This document shows, one piece after another, positions 42,729 to 50,807 of a stretch of 64,000 bases of DNA. The notes under the pieces were generated by a model. It had not been told where the DNA came from, did no database searches, and was given only the letters and a program-made list of their open reading frames with translations. Positions within the stretch are counted from its first letter, which is position 1. Each line of letters begins with the position of its first letter. Source of the stretch: Clostridia bacterium. GTDB lineage: Bacteria > Bacillota > Clostridia > Oscillospirales > CAG-272. A program made the position numbers and the translations under genes. Where the stretch lies: NCBI GenBank assembly GCA_017625755.1, contig JAGAKG010000037.1, positions 16,842 through 80,841 on the forward strand, read 5' to 3'.

Positions 42729-42811
42729 CCCCGTTGAAATTCTTCGCGGCTCCTCTTATTGCCTTTTCACCCTCGTGTAATTCTTGAGCGAAGCGAAGAA
42801 TCCCGATGGGG
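42729..42811. repeat. Long imperfect hairpin (member C of the repeat family)
   Basis: Arms CCCCGTTGAAATTCTTCGC (42729-47) and GCGAAGAATCCCGATGGGG (42793-811). The ATTCTTCGC/GCGAAGAAT module also occurs at 46821-46829. Confidence 0.55.
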
Positions 42812-42860
42812 AAAAGCAGATAACAGAGTGGCTTATTAACCTGATGATAGTGGGTATAAA

Positions 42861-43466
42861 ATGAAAGTTTTAATTTGTATTCTTTTCGGATATCTGCTCG
42901 GCAGTCTTAATCCCGCCGCGCTTATATCCAGAATAAAACGAAAAAATCTGCGCAAGATCGGTACGGGGAATCTTGGCGCGACGAATGTGTTGCTCAATTT
43001 CGGCAAGGGATTTGGCGCGATTGTTCTGGTGTTTGATATGGCAAAGGCGTTCGCTGCTTACGAGCTCGCCGAGCTTATCTTTCCCAATATCGCTTTGGCT
43101 GGAATGGTAGCGGGCGTGTTCGCCGTTATAGGACACATCTTTCCTTTCTACCTCAAATTCAAGGGAGGGAGGGGACTCGCCGCGTACGGCGGACTTGTCC
43201 TCGCCTATAATCCTTGGCTCTTTCTCTTTTTGCTGATAAGCGGATTTGTTCTTATGTTTATCGTGAATTACAGCTTTATTCTGCCCTTTTACGCCGCGGC
43301 TTTCTTTTCTCTTTTCGCGGTGATACGGGACGAAAATCTGTTCGTAGCTCTGCTCGCCGTAGCAGTGTCGGCGCTGATATTCGCGACCCACTTTGGAAAT
43401 TTTGTCAAGGCGATACGGGGAGAGGAGAGAAAGATCAGGGATTTTTTAAAGAGGGGAAAGAAATAA
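42861..43466 (+). CDS. plsY: Glycerol-3-phosphate acyltransferase PlsY
   Basis: LGSLNPAALISR, GTGNLGATNV and the overall ~200-aa multi-TM layout are typical of PlsY. Confidence 0.9.
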   Translation: MKVLICILFGYLLGSLNPAALISRIKRKNLRKIGTGNLGATNVLLNFGKGFGAIVLVFDMAKAFAAYELAELIFPNIALAGMVAGVFAVIGHIFPFYLKFKGGRGLAAYGGLVLAYNPWLFLFLLISGFVLMFIVNYSFILPFYAAAFFSLFAVIRDENLFVALLAVAVSALIFATHFGNFVKAIRGEERKIRDFLKRGKK

Positions 43467-43491
43467 AAAAGCGGCTTTTCAGCCGCTTTTT
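43465..43491 (+). terminator. Intrinsic terminator after plsY
   Basis: AAAAAAGCGGCT-tttc-AGCCGCTTTTT. Confidence 0.85.
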
Positions 43492-43529
43492 GTCCGCAAA
43501 CAGTCTAAAAAATGAAAACAGAAACAAAA

Positions 43530-43552
43530 CTTTAACATTTATGTGTTATAAT
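43530..43552 (+). promoter_or_regulatory. Candidate promoter of the two-component operon with one CTTTAACA half-site
   Basis: CTTTAACA (43530-37), ttt, ATGTGTTA, overlapping an extended -10 TGtTATAAT (43544-52). Confidence 0.5.
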
Positions 43553-43589
43553 TACTGAAAATACTATGATTATTTGCGGAGGTCTTGAT

Positions 43590-44261
43590 ATGTTCAAAAT
43601 TCTTGTGGTGGACGATAACGCGGAGCTGAACCGCTCGGTTTGCTCATTTCTCAATCAAAGCGGATATGAAGCGATAGGCTGTCTTAGTGCCACAGAGGCG
43701 TACGACGCAATGTATGAAAATATGTTTGACCTGATAGTTTCGGATATAATGATGCCCGATATCGACGGATTTGAGTTCGTGAGAACCGTCAGAAGCCTTA
43801 ACGAGGAAATTCCGATACTCTTTATGACCGCGAGAGACGATTTTGCCGCAAAGCAAAGGGGATACAGAGTCGGAGTTGACGATTATATGGTCAAGCCGAT
43901 AGACCTAGACGAGCTGTTTTTGCGCATAGGCGCGCTTTTGCGCAGGGCAAAGATTGCCTCGAGCCGTAAGCTTGAGGTGGGGGAGTTTATTATGGACGCC
44001 GACGAGCGCACCGCATACTGGCGGGGCGATGAAATATCGCTCACGGCAAGAGAATTCAGTCTGCTCTATAAGCTCCTTTCCTACCCCAAAAAGACATTCA
44101 CGCGCACACAGCTTATGGACGAGTTCTGGGATGCCGACACCGAATCGGGGCCGAGAACCGTCGATGTTTATATGACGAAGCTAAGAAACAAGCTCCGCGA
44201 ATGCGATTCCTTTGAGATAGTCACAGTCCACGGACTTGGATACAAGGCGGTGTTGAAATGA
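43590..44261 (+). CDS. OmpR-family response regulator
   Basis: ATG 43590 after a GGAGG SD. LVVDDN, DLIVSDIMMPDIDG (phospho-Asp), winged helix LTAREFSLLYKL...VTVHGLGYK. Confidence 0.9.
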   Translation: MFKILVVDDNAELNRSVCSFLNQSGYEAIGCLSATEAYDAMYENMFDLIVSDIMMPDIDGFEFVRTVRSLNEEIPILFMTARDDFAAKQRGYRVGVDDYMVKPIDLDELFLRIGALLRRAKIASSRKLEVGEFIMDADERTAYWRGDEISLTAREFSLLYKLLSYPKKTFTRTQLMDEFWDADTESGPRTVDVYMTKLRNKLRECDSFEIVTVHGLGYKAVLK

Positions 44262-45346
44262 AAAGAGACACAAAATACGCTCGTGTGTTGCTCGCGGTAA
44301 ACCACTTCCTTATATTCTTTTTGATAGTGGCGTTCGTCATAACCTGCTGTATGATGCTTTTTATACGCATAATGGCGAACACGATGGGCTTGGAGCTTAC
44401 GGGCGAAAATCTGAATCTGGCGGCAAAGCTCACATTCCTCAATGTTGTTTTTATCAGTCTGCTCCTTACCGTCTTTGATACGGTAAGGCGAAAGCTGACG
44501 GTAGACCGCCCTGTAAAAAAGATAACCGAGGCTGCAGAGAAGATGATGCGGGGGGACTTCAGCGTGAGAATTCCTATGCCTCGCGCGTATGCGGCAGACG
44601 ATAAATTCAGGGATATAATAGAGTGCTTCAACAAGATGGCTGAGGAGCTGTCGGGCACGGAGACTCTCAGAACCGATTTTATCGCGAATGTCTCTCACGA
44701 GCTGAAAACTCCCCTCGCGGTAATGCAGAATTACAGTACTATGCTCCAGAGCCCGAATCTCCCCGAGGAGAAGCGGCTTGAGTATGCTAAGGCGATATCA
44801 GACGCATCCCGCCGACTTGCTAATCTTATCACCAACATATTAAAGCTTAACAAGCTTGAAAATCAGCAGATAACCCCCACGCCCGAGGTGTATGACCTCG
44901 GAGAGCAGCTTTGTGAATGTTTGCTTTCCTTTGAGGATATGTGGGAGAGCAAGAAGCTCGAGATAGATACCGAGATGGACGAGGATATCCGAGTTTGCTC
45001 GGACTCCGAAATGATGACTTTGGTATGGAACAACCTTTTCTCAAACGCGATAAAATTTACCGAGTCGGGCGGGAAGATAACGCTTCGCCTGAGGGCGGAC
45101 GGCGACTATGCGATAGTGCAGGTAAGCGATACGGGCTGCGGCATATCGTCAGAGGTCGGCGCGCGTATGTTCGATAAATTTTATCAGGGTGACACCTCGC
45201 ACGCAACGCAAGGCAACGGTCTTGGACTTGCGCTTGTAAAGCGTGTGATAGACATAACCGAGAGCGATATCTTCGTTGAGAGCGAGGTCGGACGGGGAAC
45301 CACATTTACCGTGAGAATGCGGAGGGTAACAAATGGAGACATTTAA
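44258..45346 (+). CDS. Sensor histidine kinase of the intramembrane-sensing type
   Basis: ATGA overlap with the RR gene. Two TM segments separated by a ~18-aa loop, HAMP, H-box SHELKTPL, N-box NLFSNAIKFT, G-boxes DTGCGI and GNGLGLALV. Confidence 0.9.
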   Translation: MKRDTKYARVLLAVNHFLIFFLIVAFVITCCMMLFIRIMANTMGLELTGENLNLAAKLTFLNVVFISLLLTVFDTVRRKLTVDRPVKKITEAAEKMMRGDFSVRIPMPRAYAADDKFRDIIECFNKMAEELSGTETLRTDFIANVSHELKTPLAVMQNYSTMLQSPNLPEEKRLEYAKAISDASRRLANLITNILKLNKLENQQITPTPEVYDLGEQLCECLLSFEDMWESKKLEIDTEMDEDIRVCSDSEMMTLVWNNLFSNAIKFTESGGKITLRLRADGDYAIVQVSDTGCGISSEVGARMFDKFYQGDTSHATQGNGLGLALVKRVIDITESDIFVESEVGRGTTFTVRMRRVTNGDI

Positions 45347-46211
45347 GAAAATATCTAAAAAGCTTCTCTTTCCGCACATAGCGATAGTTATTCTGCTTGT
45401 GCCGATATCCGCGGTATTGCTTGTGCTCGCCTTTTTGAAATTCGGCTCGGAGCATCCCTTCAGCTATGTGGCGTATGTCGTATCGGCGTACACGCTTACG
45501 GTAGTTTGTATGTATATACCGAGGCTTATCAAGGCGATAAAGCGGATAAAAGAGGAGAACAAATATGTAATGCGTCTGAGCGCCGACGCGCGTCTGAGGG
45601 TAAAGCTCTCGCTTTACGGCTCGCTGATTATGAATACCGCCTATGCGTTCTTTCAGTTCGGGCTCGGGCTTTATCACGGTTCCTTCTGGTTTCACTCGCT
45701 TGCGCTTTACTATCTTTTGCTCGTTATAATGAGATTTTTCCTGCTCAGAGATGTTCGCGGAATGACGCAAGGGGACAATATACGCTCCGAGCTGAAGCGC
45801 TATCGCTTTTGCGGAGTAATTCTGCTTACTATGACCTTGGCGCTCGTGTCTATGGTATTCTTTATTACATACTTCAACAGGGGCGTTGAGCATCATTATA
45901 TAACGACGATAGCCCTCGCGGCATACACATTCGCGTCTATGACTATGGCTATCGTGAATGTCGTGAAATACAGAAAGTATAACAGCCCGCTGTTCTCAGC
46001 ATCGAAGGCGATAAATCTTGCGGCGGCAACCGTTTCAATGCTGACGCTGGAGACGGCTATGCTCGCGGCGTTCGGCGGCGAGGAGGTTGAGCAGATGAGG
46101 GGGCTTATGACGCTGCTGACGGGAGTCGGGGTTTGTCTGTTCGTAGTGGCAATTGCTATTTCTATGATATGCAAGGCAACGAGAGAGTTGAAAAAACAAA
46201 TGAGGATTTGA
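45333..46211 (+). CDS. Polytopic membrane protein (about 8 TM) of unknown family, coupled to the kinase gene
   Basis: Its start overlaps the kinase 3' end by 14 nt. I recognise no catalytic motif. Confidence 0.7.
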   Translation: METFKKISKKLLFPHIAIVILLVPISAVLLVLAFLKFGSEHPFSYVAYVVSAYTLTVVCMYIPRLIKAIKRIKEENKYVMRLSADARLRVKLSLYGSLIMNTAYAFFQFGLGLYHGSFWFHSLALYYLLLVIMRFFLLRDVRGMTQGDNIRSELKRYRFCGVILLTMTLALVSMVFFITYFNRGVEHHYITTIALAAYTFASMTMAIVNVVKYRKYNSPLFSASKAINLAAATVSMLTLETAMLAAFGGEEVEQMRGLMTLLTGVGVCLFVVAIAISMICKATRELKKQMRI

Positions 46212-46212
46212 A

Positions 46213-46593
46213 ATGATGGAAGAAAATAACAAACAGAATGAAAGATTCAATTATTCTTATTCCGCTAAGCAGCAGGATGAGATAAAGAAGATAAGGGAAA
46301 GATATCTGCCCGAAAATGAGGACAAAATGGAGCAGCTTCGCCGCCTTGACTCGAGTGTGACGAGGAAGGGAACCGTGGCGTCATTGATTATAGGTATCAT
46401 AAGCTCTCTCGTGCTTGGCATCGGAATGTGCTTTGCGATGGTGTGGGAGAATTATGTGATAGGCGTTGCGATAGGCGTTGTGGGTATAATAGGCGTGTGC
46501 CTTGCTTATCCCGTGTATTCGAGTATAACCAAAAAAGAAAGGGAACGCATCGCTCCCGAAATCATAAGGCTTACAGACGAGCTTATGAAATAA
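46213..46593 (+). CDS. Small membrane protein (2 TM), paralog of 38379-38747
   Basis: It starts 1 nt after the preceding stop. YSYSAKQQDEIKKIRERYLPENEDKMEQLRRLD, two TM segments, then KKERERIAPEIIRLTDELMK. Confidence 0.7.
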   Translation: MMEENNKQNERFNYSYSAKQQDEIKKIRERYLPENEDKMEQLRRLDSSVTRKGTVASLIIGIISSLVLGIGMCFAMVWENYVIGVAIGVVGIIGVCLAYPVYSSITKKERERIAPEIIRLTDELMK

Positions 46594-46718
46594 AGAGAGG
46601 CGGATTGTACGAGGGGGACTTTTGAGGAAAGTCCCCCTCGCGCTCCCTTCAAACCTTTTTAAACAGGGGATAGGTTAACCCATTTGGATTTACAGAAATT
46701 AATATTTTTATAAGGTGG

Positions 46719-46756
46719 ACACCCCTCGGACATTTGCCTACCGAGGTGTATTTTTT
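46719..46756 (+). terminator. Probable intrinsic terminator of the sensor operon
   Basis: Stem CCTCGG/CCGAGG extended by ACA/TGT with a CC bulge, followed by ATTTTTT. A second T-less hairpin lies at 46611-46639. Confidence 0.5.
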
Positions 46757-46774
46757 ACTATATTCGTTTTGCTA

Positions 46775-47125
46775 TTTCCGCCGACACCAACGGTGTCATC
46801 CTCGAGCAAGCCGCCCCGAGATTCTTCGCTACGCTCGAGAATGACAACGGGGCGGCGCCGCGAAGGATCTGGCGGGGGTGCCGTTTGAGCGTAAAACACG
46901 CAAACGGTTATTGCTCACGAAAGCCTCCATCTTTGAGGGAGGTGGCATTTTCGCAAGAAAATGACGGAAGGGGTTTTTGTAACAAACTTCCTCGGTCTCG
47001 CATTCGCTCAACATCTCGATGTTTGCTTGCAAACTCGTTGAGCGGAGCAAACAATCTGGTGAATTGTTTACGCAGTCGAACCACGCTAAAGCGTGGTAAC
47101 GCCATAGGCGTTAGAATTTGGCTAG
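46775..47125. repeat. Mosaic hairpin repeat block (member D, the largest)
   Basis: CCGCCGACACC-aac-GGTGTCAT, GCCGCCCC...GGGGCGGC (46811-18 / 46849-56), CCTCC-atctttgag-GGAGG, GTTTGC-tt-GCAAAC, then the triple-hairpin module at 47040-47121 shared with 37418-37500. Confidence 0.65.
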
Positions 47126-47304
47126 CGAGGGGTATCGAACAGATACTTCTTTGCGTTCACACAAAATTTACAATTGCAAATTTTATAATATTACTTGAAA
47201 TAATATAATATTTATGTTAAAATTTTGTAAAATTGGGGTAGAAGGTTTGTTTTGATTGTTAAAAATAAATCACACCCACAAATGCACAAAATGGAGGCAC
47301 ACTT

Positions 47305-48675
47305 ATGGTACAAATTGACGAAAAAGTGTATGGCGTGTCGAAGGAAAGAATAGAATGTCTTTTCGATGCCGGAACTTTTGTCGAGCTTGGTGCGTACACC
47401 AGACGCCCCACCTCTTCCGAGGACTTTGAGAGCGTTGTCTGCGGCTACGGAGCCGTTGACGGAAAGCTGGTCTTTGCTTTCGCTCAGGACAGCGGAAGAA
47501 CCAAGGGAGCTTTCGGTGAGCGCCACGCAAAGAAGATTGCCGATATGTATTCGTTGGCAGTTAAGAACGGCGCGCCCGTGATTGGCGTGTTTGACAGCGC
47601 GGGAGCTGTTGTTTACGACGGAGCTTCGGCTCTGGCGGCGTACGGAAAATTTATGAAATGCGTTTCCGACGCATCGGGAATCATTCCCCAAATAGCATTG
47701 ATAGACGGTGTTTGCGGAGGTTCTTCCGCGGTGGTCGCTTCGATGTTCGACTTTACCGTAACGGTTAAGGACAAATCAAAGCTCTATGTGAATTCTCCTT
47801 TTGTGATCGGAGAGGATGCGGGAAAGAGCGCGTTTGCTGCGGCAACGGGACTGTCTGCTGTCGAGGCGGAGAATGAGGCAGAGGCGTTTGCTTTCGTTAA
47901 GAAGCTTCTTTCGGTTATTCCTCAGAATAATGCTGACGGCGTTCTCGCGGCTGACATTACTGACGATATAAACAGAGCGGTATCCTTCGATGCCGAAAAT
48001 TATAAGATAGACGAGCTTCTCGCGCAGATTTCCGATAACGGAGTGTTCGTTAGAGTTTATGAGAAATATGCGGAAAATCTCTGTGCGGGATTTGCAAGCT
48101 TTGGCGGCGTTATGTCGGGAGTTGTTGCGGTATGCGGCAAGCTCGATATATCTGCTGCAAGAGCTGCGGCGAAGATTGTTTCCTTCTGCGATAGCTTCGG
48201 TCTGCCGACTGTAACTCTCGTTGACAGCGAAGGACTTGATGTGTCTATGACGGCAGAGAGCGCGGCTTACGCCTCCGAGCTTTCAAGACTCGCTATGGCT
48301 TACACATCCTCGGATAACGCAAAGGTTACCGTCGTCCTCGGCAAGGCTTACGGAGCGTCCTTCACGCTTCTCGGCTCAAAGGCTGTGGGAGCAGACCTCG
48401 CGTATGCGCTTGAAGGCGCTTGCATAAGCGTTCTCTCGCCCGAGGCTTCTGTTGCTTTCGTATGGAACGACAAGGTTGGCGAGAAGTCCAGAGAGGATGT
48501 CGAGGCAGAGTGGAAAGAGAAGTGCGCATCTGCCGCAGACGCAGCTGATTGCGGAGAGATAGACGATGTTATAGAAGCATCCGAGCTTCGCAAGAGAATA
48601 TGCGCCGCGCTTTCTATGCTCGCGCTCAAGGCAGACGGAACGCCCGCACGCAAGCATACAGTAATGCCTCTTTGA
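47305..48675 (+). CDS. Acyl-CoA carboxyltransferase subunit (MmdA/GcdA/PccB family)
   Basis: 456 aa with a two-lobed carboxyl-transferase fold (GYGAVDGKLVFAFAQD, GAPVIGVFDSAGA, GKAYGASF). ATGGAGG SD. Confidence 0.85.
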   Translation: MVQIDEKVYGVSKERIECLFDAGTFVELGAYTRRPTSSEDFESVVCGYGAVDGKLVFAFAQDSGRTKGAFGERHAKKIADMYSLAVKNGAPVIGVFDSAGAVVYDGASALAAYGKFMKCVSDASGIIPQIALIDGVCGGSSAVVASMFDFTVTVKDKSKLYVNSPFVIGEDAGKSAFAAATGLSAVEAENEAEAFAFVKKLLSVIPQNNADGVLAADITDDINRAVSFDAENYKIDELLAQISDNGVFVRVYEKYAENLCAGFASFGGVMSGVVAVCGKLDISAARAAAKIVSFCDSFGLPTVTLVDSEGLDVSMTAESAAYASELSRLAMAYTSSDNAKVTVVLGKAYGASFTLLGSKAVGADLAYALEGACISVLSPEASVAFVWNDKVGEKSREDVEAEWKEKCASAADAADCGEIDDVIEASELRKRICAALSMLALKADGTPARKHTVMPL

Positions 48676-48690
48676 TTTGGAGGTATTCAG

Positions 48691-49122
48691 ATGAATATGG
48701 CTTATAATCTGACGAATGCCGCGCTTTCTCTCCGCGCCGACGGAACTTATGTTCCTTTTTCGGTCGAGGCTTGGAAATATGCAGGACAGATGACTCTCCT
48801 CGGAATGGGAATGGTATTTTCCGTTCTCGCGCTTCTTTGGTTAGTCCTTGCGATATTCAAGCTTATCTTCGTGGGAAAATCTCCCAAAGCGGAAAAGAAG
48901 AAAGCACCCGCGGCAGTTGCAAAGGCAGTCCAAGAATCTGTCGTTGCCGTCGAGGAGGATACAGCGCCCGTGGCAGATACTGCCGATGACGAGCTTGTTG
49001 CCGTTATCACAGCCGCAGTTGCCGCGTATATGGCGGAGGAGAACGGGGGAGTACCCGCCTGCGGATTCAGAGTGGTTTCCTTCCGCAGAGCTTGCGGCGG
49101 ACGCCCCTGGAACACGAAATAA
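48691..49122 (+). CDS. OadG-family small membrane subunit (Na+-pump decarboxylase gamma/delta)
   Basis: N-terminal TM LLGMGMVFSVLALLWLVLAIFKLI, then an Ala/Glu-rich linker, as in OadG/MmdD-like subunits. Confidence 0.75.
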   Translation: MNMAYNLTNAALSLRADGTYVPFSVEAWKYAGQMTLLGMGMVFSVLALLWLVLAIFKLIFVGKSPKAEKKKAPAAVAKAVQESVVAVEEDTAPVADTADDELVAVITAAVAAYMAEENGGVPACGFRVVSFRRACGGRPWNTK

Positions 49123-49160
49123 TCATTAAAACAAGTTATTGAAAGGTTAAGGTATAAAAA

Positions 49161-49559
49161 ATGAAAACTTATAATATCACCGTAAACGGTGTTACCTATA
49201 CTGTTGATGTTGAGGAAGTCGGCGCATCTGCCCCCGCTTCCGCCCCCGTTGCGGCTCCCGCCGCAGCTCCCGCTCCCGCCGCAGCACCTGCTGCGCCCGT
49301 TGCTGCACCCGCAGCCCCCAAGGCTGCACCTAAGGCAGCTGCAGGAGCAACCGCTGTTAAGGCTCCTATGCCCGGTACCATAAACAAGGTAAATGTAAAG
49401 GCTGGAGCTGCAGTCAAGAAGGGCGATGTTCTCGTTGTTCTTGAGGCTATGAAGATGGAAAACGATGTTTGCGCTCCCGCAGACGGAGTTGTTGCAAGCG
49501 TTGAGGTAGCTCAGGGCGCATCTGTCGAGACCGACGCGGTTCTCGTAACTCTTAACTGA
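49161..49559 (+). CDS. Biotin carboxyl carrier subunit (biotinyl domain with an Ala/Pro linker)
   Basis: Biotinylation motif EAMKMEN with a long APAAAPAPAAAPAAP linker. Confidence 0.9.
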   Translation: MKTYNITVNGVTYTVDVEEVGASAPASAPVAAPAAAPAPAAAPAAPVAAPAAPKAAPKAAAGATAVKAPMPGTINKVNVKAGAAVKKGDVLVVLEAMKMENDVCAPADGVVASVEVAQGASVETDAVLVTLN

Positions 49560-49609
49560 TTTTCTTTTGATAGAAAACACGAATTTTATTGAAAGGAAAA
49601 CAGTAGAAG

Positions 49610-50785
49610 ATGCTTGAAGCAGTAAAGAATTTTTTAAGCACAACAGGCATTGCCAGACTTATTGCGGACGATAACTGGTGGAAGACAGCCATAATGTTTC
49701 TTGTCGCCTTTGTTCTCGTTTATCTTGCGATAGTCAAGAAGTTCGAGCCACTGCTCTTGCTTCCTATCGCAATAGGTATGCTGTTGACCAATCTCCCCGG
49801 AGCAGGGCTTTTCCATCTTGATTTCTTCATTGCTGAGGAAATAAGCTTTGGACAGGTGCTTCACGATGGAGGGTTGCTTGACCTGTTGTATCTCGGCGTA
49901 AAGCTGGGTATATATCCCTCGCTTATATTTATTGGAATAGGCGCGATGACAGATTTCTCGCCCCTTATTTCCAATCCCAAGAGTCTGCTTATCGGAGCGG
50001 GCGCACAGTTCGGAGTTTTCGTCGCATTCTCGGCAGCGCTGCTCTCTGGTATGTTCACTCCTCAGGAAGCGGCATCAATAGGAATTATCGGAGGTGCCGA
50101 CGGGCCGACGGCAATACTCGTAACGAAAACATTAGCTCCCGCGTTGCTTGGCGCGATAGCGATAGCGGCGTATAGCTATATGGCGCTGATACCGATGATA
50201 CAGCCGCCGTTTATGAAGCTTTTCACGACCAAGAAGGAGCGTCAGATAAAGATGACTGCACTCCGTCAGGTATCCAAAACAGAGAAGATACTTTTCCCGA
50301 TAGTCGTTACCTTCGTTGTAGGACTTATCGTTCCCGACGCACTTGCACTTGTAGGCTGTCTTATGTTTGGTAATCTGCTCAATGTCTGCGGCGTTACCGA
50401 CAGACTTTCCAAGACTGCGCAGAACGAGCTTATGAATATCGTAACGATATTCCTCGGTATTACGGTCGGAGCAACGGCAAGCGCGGAGAACTTCCTTCGT
50501 CCCGAAACCTTACTTATCATTGCGTGCGGACTTATCGCATTCTGCATATCCACCTGCGGCGGACTTATCACAGCAAAGATAATGAACTGGCTCACAGGCG
50601 GAAAGATAAATCCCCTTATCGGTTCTGCGGGCGTTTCCGCGGTGCCTATGGCGGCAAGAGTTTCTCAGAAGGTAGGACAGAGCGAGGACCCCTCGAACTT
50701 CCTTCTTATGCACGCAATGGGCCCCAATGTCGCGGGAGTTATAGGCTCTGCGGTGGCGGCGGGTGTATTCCTGTCCTGGTTCTAA
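49610..50785 (+). CDS. Na+-translocating decarboxylase beta subunit (OadB/GcdB/MmdB)
   Basis: 391 aa, polytopic. LLPIAIGMLLTNLP and IGGADGPT are typical of the beta subunit. Confidence 0.9.
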   Translation: MLEAVKNFLSTTGIARLIADDNWWKTAIMFLVAFVLVYLAIVKKFEPLLLLPIAIGMLLTNLPGAGLFHLDFFIAEEISFGQVLHDGGLLDLLYLGVKLGIYPSLIFIGIGAMTDFSPLISNPKSLLIGAGAQFGVFVAFSAALLSGMFTPQEAASIGIIGGADGPTAILVTKTLAPALLGAIAIAAYSYMALIPMIQPPFMKLFTTKKERQIKMTALRQVSKTEKILFPIVVTFVVGLIVPDALALVGCLMFGNLLNVCGVTDRLSKTAQNELMNIVTIFLGITVGATASAENFLRPETLLIIACGLIAFCISTCGGLITAKIMNWLTGGKINPLIGSAGVSAVPMAARVSQKVGQSEDPSNFLLMHAMGPNVAGVIGSAVAAGVFLSWF

Positions 50786-50807
50786 ACTAAATGGAGGTTA
50801 CTAACAA

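Noticed and set aside
46624-46634. GAGGAAAGTCC, identical to the conserved P4 segment of RNase P RNA
   Set aside because: It is just the loop and 3' arm of a simple hairpin (GAGGGGGACTTT-tgagg-AAAGTCCCCCTC). None of the other RNase P conserved regions follow.
48747-49643. 298-aa minus-strand ORF, and several Ala/Pro/Gly-rich ORFs around 49190-49420
   Set aside because: They are shadows of the GC-rich Ala/Pro linker of the biotin carrier gene and of the OadG-like gene.
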